A stretch of DNA of 32,000 nucleotides from assembly GCA_025340205.1 (NCBI GenBank), contig CP006868.1, forward strand, positions 1,500,001 through 1,532,000, given 5' to 3'. Positions 1 through 12,574 of the stretch are shown one piece after another. Source of the DNA: Ignicoccus pacificus DSM 13166 (GTDB taxonomy: Archaea > Thermoproteota > Thermoprotei_A > Sulfolobales > Ignicoccaceae). Position 1 is the first letter of the stretch. Each line of letters starts with the position of its first letter. The notes beneath the pieces are model-generated. The model saw nothing but the letters and a program-made list of their open reading frames with translations. It was not told where the DNA came from and did no database searches. A program made the translations under genes and the position numbers.

Positions 1-1194
1 CATCTTACCGGTGCTCAGCTCAACGTCGACGTATACCCTAACTAGCCTCCATAGCATGTCCTTCTTCACCTGCCATACGTACCTAGGATTGGTCTCAAAG
101 CCTAGCTCCATCATAAGCTCTTCAGTGTAGTGGGCCCAACCCTCTATGAGGTCTGTAGCGTTGGCGACTATCGGCCTATATCTAGTTGGTAAGTGCAAGG
201 AAAGCTGCAAGTGGTGACCGGGGTAGGTCTCGTGCACTGCGGTGTTCAGTATGTCGTAGTACTCCCTCTTAGCGGCTCCGGGGGTTACGGAGAGGTATCC
301 CAAGTTCCTCCACTCGAACGGTGCTGGAGGGAAGTAGGCCGCGTAGGGTATGGTCGGAATTAAGGGCTTAGGAGTGTCTATAGCCTCTAGCTCCTCGTCC
401 AATGCTAGAGGCGCCACCTTCTTCTCTATTACGAAATTCTTGGCCCTCTTCACCGCTTCCAAGTAAACATCCTTGGCGTTCTCCACCTCTTTGCCTTGTG
501 GCTCCTCTCCGAGCTCCTCCTTCAGCTTCCTCGCCTCGCTTCTAGCCCAGCTAGCCAAGGATGAGGGCGTCTCTACTATTCCCCTTATCCTCAGCAGCTC
601 CTCGAAGAGGGTTTCCCCTATGGGCTCGAAGCCCTCCTCCGGCTCCAAGGAATCGAGCCATTTATCGTACTCCGCCAATGATTCCAAGACGTCGTTGGGA
701 GCGTTCATATCCAGAAGCATTAGCTTTAGACCGTTGAGCTCCGCCCTAGCAAGCTGGACCCATACCTTCTTCGGCTTGCTCAACATCTCCTTACTGTTCT
801 CGAGCATTCTAGGAATAGCCTTTATTCTAGCCTCCAGAGCCTTCTTCTTGAAGTCCTCGGGAGCGTTCCTGAGTATTGTGGAAATGAGCATTTCGGAGAT
901 GAGGCCGGGAGCTATGGGGTAACTCTTCCAGTACCTCCAGAATCCTGTGGTTATTTGCATTACCTTGAGGCTTCTAACAGCTTCTTGTATGTCCAGCTCC
1001 AGCTTCTCCTCCTCCCAGGAGCTCAACTCAGACAAGTCCAACTCCAACGTATCCAAGCACTTGCTCATCCACTCACATCCCAATTCAGGATAGAGAAAGT
1101 CATACTCGTGGAGGCCTAGGTAGGTTGCAGTTTGTGGTTCGCAAGAGAACATATCTTGAAGGGTCTTATCTAGGGGATTCAAGGGATCTCCCAA
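1..1194 (-). CDS. DUF885 family protein (putative metallopeptidase-like), C-terminus truncated by window edge
   Basis: Hand translation of the minus strand gives an open frame (...LQDMFSCEPQTATYLGLHEYDFLYPELGCEW...NTAVHETYPGHHLQLSLHLPTSRYRPIVANATDLIEGWAHYTEEL...). The HExxPGHHxQ and EGWAHYTEE motifs are typical of DUF885. Start codon (TTG near 1194) is uncertain. Confidence 0.75.
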   Translation of the reverse strand, partial: MGDPLNPLDKTLQDMFSCEPQTATYLGLHEYDFLYPELGCEWMSKCLDTLELDLSELSSWEEEKLELDIQEAVRSLKVMQITTGFWRYWKSYPIAPGLISEMLISTILRNAPEDFKKKALEARIKAIPRMLENSKEMLSKPKKVWVQLARAELNGLKLMLLDMNAPNDVLESLAEYDKWLDSLEPEEGFEPIGETLFEELLRIRGIVETPSSLASWARSEARKLKEELGEEPQGKEVENAKDVYLEAVKRAKNFVIEKKVAPLALDEELEAIDTPKPLIPTIPYAAYFPPAPFEWRNLGYLSVTPGAAKREYYDILNTAVHETYPGHHLQLSLHLPTRYRPIVANATDLIEGWAHYTEELMMELGFETNPRYVWQVKKDMLWRLVRVYVDVELSTGKM

Positions 1195-1345
1195 TAATGG
1201 GTCCTTGGGAATGGTAATAAGATGGAGGCGCTACTCGAGCCGATTTGAGTGACATCATAAGGTAAGCTCCTCACAACTCGAGCTCCAAAAATCAAAGCTC
1301 GCCACTTAAAGGTTCGGTCATCAAGGTCCCAGAGTACAGCCTCGC

Positions 1346-2029
1346 TCATTGCCTCCCCAGGGCTCCGGAGAGCACTTGGGTTATCCTAGCTAGCTCCGGT
1401 CCGGTGGTCTGCTCCCCTACTAAGGCTCCCTTGTTGTTAGCGACTACTCCCATCTTCACGTAGGGAACTCCGTAGTTCACCGTTCCCACGTCTACCGGGA
1501 CCTTGAACTTTTGACTTAGCTCCTCAGCCTCCTCGTCGCTCACCTCTGGGTGCACCAGACCTCCCTTGTCGTTGAACACGGCAGCGGATCCGACGGTGGG
1601 TATCTTAGCTATGGTCCCGGTTTCTGCGGGAACTCCCAAAGCGTTGGATATGGTCTTCTTCAAGCCCTCCATTTCAGGGTGGAGCAAGGCGTAGTGGTCG
1701 TTCGTTAGAACCACGTTCCCTAAAGCGGTAAGCCTCCCCGGTATCACGTGAACCGGGAGGTCTACCTCCTTCTTCAGCTTCTCTATCTCATATTCCTTAG
1801 CTATCGAAGGAACCAGTATAGCGTGGTTGTTACCAGCTATGAACAGACCTAACAAGGAGCTGTCTACTATCTTCATCTCGATTACTCTTACCCTCAAGGT
1901 CTCCTCTACAGTCTTCACTACCTTTTCGGTCTGTCCGGGAGGGATTAGAGCGAAGTCATCGTTGGCGAAGATGTAAACCCCTATGTTGGGGTTCCCAAAA
2001 ACGCTTATCCTAGCTACCTCGAACTCCAT
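1346..2029 (-). CDS. eif6: Translation initiation factor 6 (aIF6)
   Basis: 227-aa ORF with aIF6 repeats (FGNPNIGVYIFANDDFALIPPG..., VLTNDHYALLHPE, NNKGALVGEQTTGPELARI). Confidence 0.95.
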   Translation of the reverse strand: MEFEVARISVFGNPNIGVYIFANDDFALIPPGQTEKVVKTVEETLRVRVIEMKIVDSSLLGLFIAGNNHAILVPSIAKEYEIEKLKKEVDLPVHVIPGRLTALGNVVLTNDHYALLHPEMEGLKKTISNALGVPAETGTIAKIPTVGSAAVFNDKGGLVHPEVSDEEAEELSQKFKVPVDVGTVNYGVPYVKMGVVANNKGALVGEQTTGPELARITQVLSGALGRQ

Positions 2030-2034
2030 CTCCT

Positions 2035-2334
2035 TTAGGCCTCCACGTTCTTCAAGTTGGCCAAAGTTACATAGGCCACCTTCTTCTTACCTTCCTCGGC
2101 TTCCTCCTCCACGACCTCCACGTACACCGGCACCCTTCTGGGGGGCTTCTCGATGCTCCTGCTCCACACGTAGTTGTTCACGGTGTTGTCTATCTTAACT
2201 TCGTCAACTCCGAAGTGCCTCTGCACGAACTCCCTGATCTTCCTTATAGCCCTCTTAGCCCTGTTGGTCCTCTTGCCCCAATACAACCTCTTCAAACTTA
2301 TTATGTATATCACACCAGACTTCTCCTTAGGCAT
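2035..2334 (-). CDS. rpl31e: Ribosomal protein L31e
   Basis: 99-aa ORF (IYIISLKRLYWGKRTNRAKRAIRKIREFVQRHFGVDEVKIDNTVNNYVWSRSIEKPPRRVPV); position between aIF6 and L39e. Confidence 0.95.
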   Translation of the reverse strand: MPKEKSGVIYIISLKRLYWGKRTNRAKRAIRKIREFVQRHFGVDEVKIDNTVNNYVWSRSIEKPPRRVPVYVEVVEEEAEEGKKKVAYVTLANLKNVEA

Positions 2335-2348
2335 TTACATCACCTCCG

Positions 2349-2507
2349 TTACACGTTCTTTATCTTCTGCCTCCTCCAGTACCTCCTCATGGGGTTCCTT
2401 TCAACCCTTCTCCTGGTCTTCAGTATGACCCAAGCCGGTAGAGCTCTGTTCTGCTTAGTCTTCTTAGCTAGCCTTATCTTCTTAGCGACGTGCTTATAAT
2501 GAGCCAT
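2349..2507 (-). CDS. rpl39e: Ribosomal protein L39e
   Basis: Hand-translated 52-aa [55 protein letters not shown], a full-length L39e below the supplied ORF track's size cutoff. Confidence 0.95.
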   Translation of the reverse strand: MAHYKHVAKKIRLAKKTKQNRALPAWVILKTRRRVERNPMRRYWRRQKIKNV

Positions 2508-2509
2508 TC

Positions 2510-2869
2510 CTACCACCCCCTTTCTCTTATATTAATGCGGGTCTCCCTCCTCTGGGAGCCAGACAGACGAGCCAAAATCTCCTTTATCTCCTCGTCCGTG
2601 ATAGGCTTGGGTATCCTGCCGGACTGAGCGAGGACTATCAGGTAGTTCTCCACTTGCTCCGCTAGCTCAGGCCTTACCAGCTTCACGTTGGCTAGCCTCT
2701 GCCTGGCCTCAGCGGTCAAAATGTTCCTCAGTATCTCTGCCTTTATAGCCTCTTCTCTCCTCTTGAGCTCCTCCTCTTGCTGCTTAGCTAGCATCTGCTT
2801 CTGAAGCTCCTCCAGCTTCTTCCTCTTTAACTCCTCCAGCTCCCTCTCGTCAAAGCTCATGGTTCTCAC
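2510..2869 (-). CDS. PDCD5-like DNA-binding protein
   Basis: 119-aa ORF with the charged N-terminal helix and '[53 protein letters not shown]' PDCD5 signature. Confidence 0.92.
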   Translation of the reverse strand: MRTMSFDERELEELKRKKLEELQKQMLAKQQEEELKRREEAIKAEILRNILTAEARQRLANVKLVRPELAEQVENYLIVLAQSGRIPKPITDEEIKEILARLSGSQRRETRINIRERGW

Positions 2870-3330
2870 TTCTCAACGTACTTCTTCAGCTCCTTCATCT
2901 CCTCGGCTATCTCCAGGAAGGTGAAGTAGGCGACGTGGTCGAGGACGCTCCTCCCGGCGGGGGTCAGCACCCTTCCTTGCTTGGTCCTCCTCACCAGCCC
3001 GGCCTTCTCGAGCTGCTGGAGTATCTTCCTTATGTGGGATCCTCCCGCCTTGCGGAAGTGGGGCGGAGCCACTCCCCTCCTCTGCCTTCCGCCGTAGATG
3101 GTTCTGAAGGTCTCGATTCCCACCGGCTCGTCGCTTACGTACAGCTTCCTCAGTATGCTCGCAGCTCTGTAGTACCACCAGTCGGTGTCGAGAGGCGGCC
3201 TGTCCTTGTGAGGGCCGGTCTTGGCGTACATCGCCCACTCCGGGGGCCTTATCTCCGGGAACTTCTCCTTGAGATACATGGCCAACTTCTGGTTGAACCT
3301 GTCCGGTGGCACCTCCCTAGGGGTAATCAT
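2866..3330 (-). CDS. rps19e: Ribosomal protein S19e
   Basis: 154-aa ORF ([15 protein letters not shown]-like N-terminus, [51 protein letters not shown]) typical of S19e; overlaps the next ORF start. Confidence 0.95.
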   Translation of the reverse strand: MITPREVPPDRFNQKLAMYLKEKFPEIRPPEWAMYAKTGPHKDRPPLDTDWWYYRAASILRKLYVSDEPVGIETFRTIYGGRQRRGVAPPHFRKAGGSHIRKILQQLEKAGLVRRTKQGRVLTPAGRSVLDHVAYFTFLEIAEEMKELKKYVEK

Positions 3331-3374
3331 GGTCTAATCCCCGTGAGTTGGCATTGGCCTAGCTTTAAATTGTT

Positions 3375-5288
3375 CTAAGCGCGACGCCTCCTATGAATTA
3401 AGAGGTACGCCAAGGGAAGTAACAGCGGGAGAGGGACTGTGGTACTCGATTTCGATTGAAGCAATCTTGTGGTGTTCGCTACCAATTCCGAAATAGCAGT
3501 AGTACAATAACCGTCCCAGTTAACAAAGAGAGTCAGAGTTAGTGGCAAAGAAGCAAAGTTATTCATTAGTGTCACAACCTGTGAGGTAGTGGCTTGGAAG
3601 TTTATCGGGTAACCCTCAGGAAAGAATGGCGAAGCAAAAGATGTGATGCCTAGTGTAGCTGTTATTATGAATGTTGTTAGAACAGTTGGTAACAGAAGTA
3701 AGGTTGTTTTTGTCAAATAGGTAGTATAGTATGAAAGAGTACTACTTACGTAGGTAGTGACTATACTACCTCCGAGAGTAAGTATCGTTGTAGTAATGGT
3801 GCGTCTAATCCAAGTCGTATTTATAACATTGTTAAACGTCAGGGTTATATTAGTTGTAATCGTACTAGTTGTCGTGGTTACATACCCGGCATAACTGGTT
3901 ACATACAATGAAAGGCATACTATCTTAGGTGAGAATGATATTATCGACTTACCTATTATATTTTCTACCGTCGTGTATGTTTTTCCATCAATACACACGC
4001 ACTGAGAAGCTACTGTGATGTCGTCGGGACTACCTAGATCTATTGTGCGCGTAACTGTCGGTAAGGAAGTAAGTAGTGAAATCGTCGTTAAGTAAGCACC
4101 AGTAACCGTGAGTCCGACTAAGGTTAGCTTTAATCCATATGGCTCACAAATCAAGGCATTGTATTCATAAAGCCTATCCTGCAACGTGACATTCCAACCC
4201 CACATTGGTATGAACCCACCTCTACTCATTTTGACTATTAGTATTGGTTTATACATTTCATTATCACAATCCAAGACATCAAGGACATGAAACCTACTAC
4301 GGGGGCCCGGAACCCAGAGCCCTACAGCTATTTTGTCACCCTTCCAATCAACAGAACCGACATAACTCTCAAACATCCTCTCCAGCACTTGCTTACCAGA
4401 TTGCACATCAAATATGTGGATTTTCCAATCATCTGCATCAGCACTTACCAAGTACCTACAATCCGGACTGAAGGCGACGCTGTAAGCTCCACCAATCCCA
4501 TCGTGATTCCAAAGCTCTCTTGGATTCGTTGGATCGCTTATGTCATAAAGGTAAACGTGGTGAGCTGTTCCAAGAGCTAAGTAATGACCACAAACTTGAG
4601 CGTCCCAAACACTCTCGCTGAACTTTATTGTCTTTACCTCACTTCCATCTGAGAGTTTGAGAATGGTTAGACCGCCACCTTCTCTTGGAACGTAGACGTA
4701 CCCTTTGTAAACAGCTGGACCGTTTACAATGTAATTCATACTCACGTCCCACCTCTTGTTTCCGTTGAAGTCGAAGTAGGCTAGATTGACACCACCAGCC
4801 AGAAAGCCGTCCTTGAGCATCGTGATTGCTTGGTTGTAATCAACTCCAACGTACACCTTCTTCCAAGTTCTAGTTGAGAGGTCGTAGATGTAGACGTAAC
4901 CATCCCCATTCACAAAGCCGAACTTGTTGCAACAATAGGAGACATCGTTCATAGCGTAACCTCCATATTCCTCGCTTACTAAGTGACCATTAGGATCCAA
5001 AATGATAGCGGGACCACTTGCCGCCCCTAAGTAACCCTCTTCTGAGAGGATCACTTTCGGTAAAGCGGGAGACGAAACATTAGCGTGGTACTCAATCGAC
5101 CAGAGCGGTGTAACCGCGATAGCTAAGAGCTTGACAGACGGCGTTATCAATATTAGGAATAATAGGAATAATTTTATCTTCACTTGAGCATTACCCCATA
5201 TGTAAGCACTGAGGTTATAGAAGTTAAAAAACATTACTTTATTTATAGAAGATGGATATACCTCATGTACGAACGACTGCAGCCACAC
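3375..5288 (-). CDS. Predicted secreted/surface beta-propeller protein with Thr-rich stalk and C-terminal hydrophobic anchor
   Basis: 637-aa ORF; hydrophobic signal-like segment (IKLFLLFLILITPSVKLLAIA), repeated propeller-like motifs (YSVAFSPDCRYLVSADADDWKIHIFDVQSGKQVL), Thr-rich C-terminal half and C-terminal 'LPLLLPLAYLLIHRRRRA'. True start is probably downstream of 5288. Confidence 0.7.
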   Translation of the reverse strand: MWLQSFVHEVYPSSINKVMFFNFYNLSAYIWGNAQVKIKLFLLFLILITPSVKLLAIAVTPLWSIEYHANVSSPALPKVILSEEGYLGAASGPAIILDPNGHLVSEEYGGYAMNDVSYCCNKFGFVNGDGYVYIYDLSTRTWKKVYVGVDYNQAITMLKDGFLAGGVNLAYFDFNGNKRWDVSMNYIVNGPAVYKGYVYVPREGGGLTILKLSDGSEVKTIKFSESVWDAQVCGHYLALGTAHHVYLYDISDPTNPRELWNHDGIGGAYSVAFSPDCRYLVSADADDWKIHIFDVQSGKQVLERMFESYVGSVDWKGDKIAVGLWVPGPRSRFHVLDVLDCDNEMYKPILIVKMSRGGFIPMWGWNVTLQDRLYEYNALICEPYGLKLTLVGLTVTGAYLTTISLLTSLPTVTRTIDLGSPDDITVASQCVCIDGKTYTTVENIIGKSIISFSPKIVCLSLYVTSYAGYVTTTTSTITTNITLTFNNVINTTWIRRTITTTILTLGGSIVTTYVSSTLSYYTTYLTKTTLLLLPTVLTTFIITATLGITSFASPFFPEGYPINFQATTSQVVTLMNNFASLPLTLTLFVNWDGYCTTAISELVANTTRLLQSKSSTTVPLPLLLPLAYLLIHRRRRA

Positions 5289-5605
5289 AGTGAAACTTTT
5301 TTGTTCTCGAGTCAGATCCTACTACACCTCGACTTTTGACAACAAAGTAATATCCAACAAGGTGATTTATGGGAACTCGTATATTCTTAAGTAAACATAA
5401 TAAAACTACATGATTCGAAACCTCAAATGAATTGGGCATAATACTTTTTTATTCCATTTGATTGCTTGGACTGAGTTCATTATTTCTCTACTTGTTCGCT
5501 CATACATTCCAACATCGTTATAAAGAGACTTAACTGCGTGTGTTCGTTGGTACTTAGTATAAAATATTCCATTTTCCTCAGAGGGACTGTCAATTCTTAA
5601 TGTTT

Positions 5606-6343
5606 CTATACAGTACAATTTATCATTGAATCTATAATGCCCATTATGCTCCCTTCGTACTTGTTGTACGTCCTATGATTTATCCCTAGCTCATTGAAGT
5701 TGAAGTTTTTAGCATAAGCAATAGCTTCTACTATCAACATCGGAGATGTCAAGTAAACCACATGTGAGAAGCTAGCGTTGAATTTCATCATGCCTCTAAA
5801 GATGTATTCAGCGGACACTTCAATTGATTCCATCCTCTTTATGCCTTTGATTATACAATGCTCCAAGCCTAGTTCCTTTATCACTTTGTATTGCTTAGCT
5901 CCCTCAGTAGTTATTCTCCTTATTCCTAACCTTCTTACCTTCTTAATAACTCTTTTTCGCTACCTTAGAGCTCTTCCTTCTGCTCAAGCAGATCAACGCA
6001 TAGTTTCTATTTGCTTCATCATAAGCAACGAGCAGGTAGGCGTAACAACCATTTAGCTTAATCATTGTATAGTTCAAATGAACTTCGTTTGAAAAGCGCT
6101 TCTTATTTCCTCATCTTGAATCTAAACTTTCTGACGTAACTTCTAATTGTATCGTGAAACATTCTTAGTTTGAATATTTCTCTGATAGCTATTGAAACTT
6201 TCCTAAGCGGTGATCCTAAGATGTAGAGCAATATCGAGGCATTAATCACTTCTTCTGGCCTAATTGGACCTTTTGGTGGCATTAATACAATATCTAATTG
6301 AGTGCTACCAAAAGGAATAAATGAGTTTTCATGAGGTGGATCG
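5606..6343 (-). pseudogene. Decayed DDE-type transposase remnant (IS6/IS240-like by motif)
   Basis: Minus-strand translation across several frames gives collinear pieces: ...RPEEVINASILLYILGSPLRKVSIAIREIFKLRMFHDTIRSYVRKFRFK (HTH-like), NEVHLNYTMIKLNGCYAYLLVAYDEANRNYALICLSRRKSSKVAKK (DDE-like), IKKVRRLGIRRITTEGAKQYKVIKELGLEHCIIKG, then the 5606..5884 ORF. Interrupted by frameshifts/stops. Confidence 0.5.
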
Positions 6344-6596
6344 ATAGTGAAGAGTTAACGTTCCCTCCCAGACATTCCTTTCAAAGACCACCGACCGAGC
6401 TAGCTTTTCATCTTGAATAATTATCGACCTCCAACTCTAGATTCACAACCCTTCTCCCAGTATGAGCTTAAATACTCTCTTATATCAAGTGATCGAGGAG
6501 AATTAGAGGATCCCTTCCTACCAAGTCAAACTCTAAGATTAAACACTGGGAGATTTCAAAAACACTTATTTATTCTCATTCGTTCTAGAACACGAA

Positions 6597-7871
6597 TTAA
6601 AGGTGAGAACCTAGTCTCCCGTGAAGGAAGTCGTCGTATCCCTTCAAGTCGAGCAAACCGTGACCGCTCAGGTTGAACAATATTACCCTCTCTTCCCCTT
6701 CCTCCTTCGCCTTAAGCGCTTCCTCGATAGCCGCCTTTACTGCGTGATCGCTCTCCGGAGCTGGAATTATCCCCTCGGTCTTGGCGAATATCCTCCCGGC
6801 CTCGAATATCTCCTCTTGAGAATAGGTTACGGGCTCCACTATTCCGTGATTGATGAGAATGCTTAGGGTAGGAGCGACTCCGTGGTACCTAAGGCCTCCG
6901 GCGTGTATCTTGGGAGGGACGAAGTCGTGTCCTAAGGTATGCATCTTCAGCATAGGAGTTAGGCCTGCGGAGTCCCCGAAGTCGTAGCGATACTCTCCCT
7001 TGCTCATGCTCGGAACCGATTTGGGCTCAGCTGCCACAAACCTTACCTCCTTCCCTCCCTTGAGCCTGTCGTAGACGAAGGGATAGGCTAGACCAGCGTA
7101 GTTGGAGCCTCCTCCTACGCAACCTATTACGACGTCTGGGTATTCTCCTAAGGCCTCCATCTGCTTCTTCGCCTCCAATCCAATTACGGTTTGGTGCAAT
7201 ATGACGTGGTTGAGTACTGAACCCAAGCTGTACTTGGTGTTCTCGTGAGTTACTGCATCCTCTATCGCTTCAGCTATGGCTATTCCCAAGGAGCCGGGGT
7301 GGTTGGGATCTTGCTCCAAGAACTTCTTTCCCACTTGAGTGTAAGGACTGGGGGAGGGGACCACCTCAGCTCCGTAAGTCTCCATGACTATTCTCCTATA
7401 GGGCTTCTGCTCGTAGCTTATTCTCACCATGTAGACTCTAAGAGCTATGTCGAACAAGGCCGTAGCCAAGGATAGAGCCGAGCCCCACTGACCCGCTCCG
7501 GTCTCAGTGGTTAACCTCTCCGTTCCCTCCTTAGAATGATAGTATGCTTGAGCTAGAGCTGTGTTAACCTTGTGGCTCCCGGTAGGGGTAACGCCTTCGT
7601 ACTTGAAGTATATCTTAGCTGGAGTCTTGAGGTACTCCTCCAATCTCTTGGCCCTTATGAGGGGAGTGGGCCTCCCTATCTCTAGGTAAGTGTTCCTCAC
7701 CTCCTCTGGAATAGGGATCCATCTGTCTTGACTGAACTCTTGCCTTACCACTTCCTTAGCGAAGAGTACCTCTAACTCTTCAGGCTTTACCACGCTTCCG
7801 TCGGGCTTCCTCATGGGAGGAACAGGCTCCGGTAGGTCTGGAAGGATGTTGTACCACTCCTTAGGGGCCAT
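6597..7871 (-). CDS. trpB2: Tryptophan synthase beta chain, TrpB2 type
   Basis: 424-aa ORF with [47 protein letters not shown] and VGGGSNYAG motifs; long TrpB2-type N-terminus. Confidence 0.93.
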   Translation of the reverse strand: MAPKEWYNILPDLPEPVPPMRKPDGSVVKPEELEVLFAKEVVRQEFSQDRWIPIPEEVRNTYLEIGRPTPLIRAKRLEEYLKTPAKIYFKYEGVTPTGSHKVNTALAQAYYHSKEGTERLTTETGAGQWGSALSLATALFDIALRVYMVRISYEQKPYRRIVMETYGAEVVPSPSPYTQVGKKFLEQDPNHPGSLGIAIAEAIEDAVTHENTKYSLGSVLNHVILHQTVIGLEAKKQMEALGEYPDVVIGCVGGGSNYAGLAYPFVYDRLKGGKEVRFVAAEPKSVPSMSKGEYRYDFGDSAGLTPMLKMHTLGHDFVPPKIHAGGLRYHGVAPTLSILINHGIVEPVTYSQEEIFEAGRIFAKTEGIIPAPESDHAVKAAIEEALKAKEEGEERVILFNLSGHGLLDLKGYDDFLHGRLGSHL

Positions 7872-8079
7872 GTCCTCTGACTGAGGGGCTCTGATTAAGG
7901 GAGATCACCAAGTATAGATAGACATGAAGAGTATATAACTGGGTGAGGATCTTAGTATTGAAAGGACGCATTAGGTACAAGGAGAAGACAGCGGAGGACG
8001 TTGTTTAAGCAACTTTAGGATGTGCTACATAATATCAAGTTTGAGAGATAATAGAATCAGAGAGGATAGGAGTTGACCG

Positions 8080-8125
8080 TGGGCGCCGGATAGGGTTCAC
8101 TTCGGGTCCCCAGATGGGTTCCGGG
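8080..8125 (-). repeat. 3' arm of the 23S pre-rRNA processing stem
   Basis: Reverse complement of 11308..11353 with one C-A mismatch (45/46 bp). Confidence 0.93.
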
Positions 8126-8128
8126 TTT

Positions 8129-11302
<3,174 letters not shown>

Positions 11303-11307
11303 GCGGC

Positions 11308-11353
11308 CCCGGAACCCGTCTGGGGACCCGAAGTGAACCCTATCCGGCGCCCA
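11308..11353 (-). repeat. 5' arm of the 23S pre-rRNA processing stem
   Basis: Pairs with 8080..8125; followed by the bulge-helix-bulge (11301-11307 with 8126-8132) and an 18-bp inner helix (11283-11300 with 8133-8150). Confidence 0.93.
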
Positions 11354-11580
11354 TTGACCCGGGTGGGGGGTCTTCACCCAACCCTCCGAGAGAGCTGGGT
11401 TGCATCACGCCCCCACCCGGGGCGTCGCGCCCTTCAGCCGGGAGCGGCGGCTCCCGGCCTGCATCTGGGCGGTAAGCGTCCGTGTTACCCCCTAACTCCC
11501 GGGGTTTTTGAGCTTTCCCCGGGAGCGGGGATCTCTCGGCCCGGGTTTTCCCGGGCCTCATCTGTTTCTTGGTGAGCTTG

Positions 11581-11663
11581 CGCTCCCGGGCCCGCCCCGC
11601 CGGGTTCTCCCCGGCCCCGGGCGGCGCCCTCCGTGTCTCCCCTAGGGGGGTGGGGATAATAAA
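11581..11663 (-). promoter_or_regulatory. 23S rRNA core promoter and leader; copy 1 of an exact 83-bp repeat
   Basis: Minus strand TTTATTATCCCCACCCCCCTAGGGGAGACACGGAGGGCGCC...GGCCCGGGAGCG; begins with a TATA-like box and is identical to 19206..19288. Confidence 0.82.
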
Positions 11664-11848
11664 GCTAACTATTTGGTAAGCTCCGCTCTTTCTATCTCAG
11701 AACTCAACTAAGGAGCACCACCTTGAGATCATAGAGTATTAACCGCTCGTTTGAGTAAAATTTCAAACAAAAAGCTTTTATTTGGATCACCTCCGCTAGC
11801 CCTAATCACCCTCCCCTTAAGCTCACACTAGGGAGGAGCTTGCTGATA

Positions 11849-12574
11849 CCCATGCTATTCCTACACTTCCACGGTTCCTTGGCCTACTACTTACTAGCGA
11901 ATGGAACCCTCTGCGGCCCTCGCTGCTTGGCTCTGGGCGACCTGATGGGGGTCCCATACTTCGGAAAACTCATCGTTATTCCAAATGGAACCGAAGTGCT
12001 TTACCTAAACTACTCCTTAGATATTATAAGAAGGATCGAGATCGGTAGCTTCTATCCCTACGCATTTCCTTGGAAGAGGGGCTTGATCTTATGCTCTAGT
12101 GAATGCCTCTATTGGAGGAACGGGAAGGTTTTGTGGAAGGTGAACGTGGGCTGGACTAGAGCAGCTGCGCTCGACAAGTACCTAGTGGTAATAGGTACGG
12201 TGACGTATAAAGTTCTGGATCCTCGCAGCGGGAAGGTCCTCCTCGAAGGGGTGCTCTACAACCAGATGAGGACAGCCGCCTCGTGCGGTCCCTACGTAGC
12301 AGTTGGAGGGTTCTACAAGACAGCAATAATTGACGTTGAGTCAGGAAAGGTAAGGGTGCTCAACTTCGCAGCGAAGAGATATTTGGGTTTCGATGAAGGG
12401 TGCAAGGCTTTGGCGGCGGTAAATAGAAACGTAATAAAGGTATTCGACGTAGAAGGGAAGCTCCTCTTCTCAACTAGGGTTAAGTGGGAGGCAGTCACAG
12501 GGACGTGGAAGGGGGAGGAACTGGTGGTGGCGGACTTGAGGGGAGGCCTTCACTACCTCTTCAAGCTCAAGTGA
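11849..12574 (+). CDS. Beta-propeller (PQQ/WD40-like repeat) protein
   Basis: ORF 11840..12574 with propeller-like repeats (KYLVVIGTVTYKVLDPRSGKVLLEGV, PYVAVGGFYKTAIIDVESGKVRVLNF, NVIKVFDVEGKLLFSTRV) and a hydrophobic N-terminus; ATG at 11849 is a plausible start. Confidence 0.6.
   Translation, partial: PMLFLHFHGSLAYYLLANGTLCGPRCLALGDLMGVPYFGKLIVIPNGTEVLYLNYSLDIIRRIEIGSFYPYAFPWKRGLILCSSECLYWRNGKVLWKVNVGWTRAAALDKYLVVIGTVTYKVLDPRSGKVLLEGVLYNQMRTAASCGPYVAVGGFYKTAIIDVESGKVRVLNFAAKRYLGFDEGCKALAAVNRNVIKVFDVEGKLLFSTRVKWEAVTGTWKGEELVVADLRGGLHYLFKLK

Noticed and set aside
1255-1345. Minus-strand TTGATGA resembling a C box upstream of the DUF885 gene
   Set aside because: No convincing D or D' box (CTGA) at appropriate spacing.
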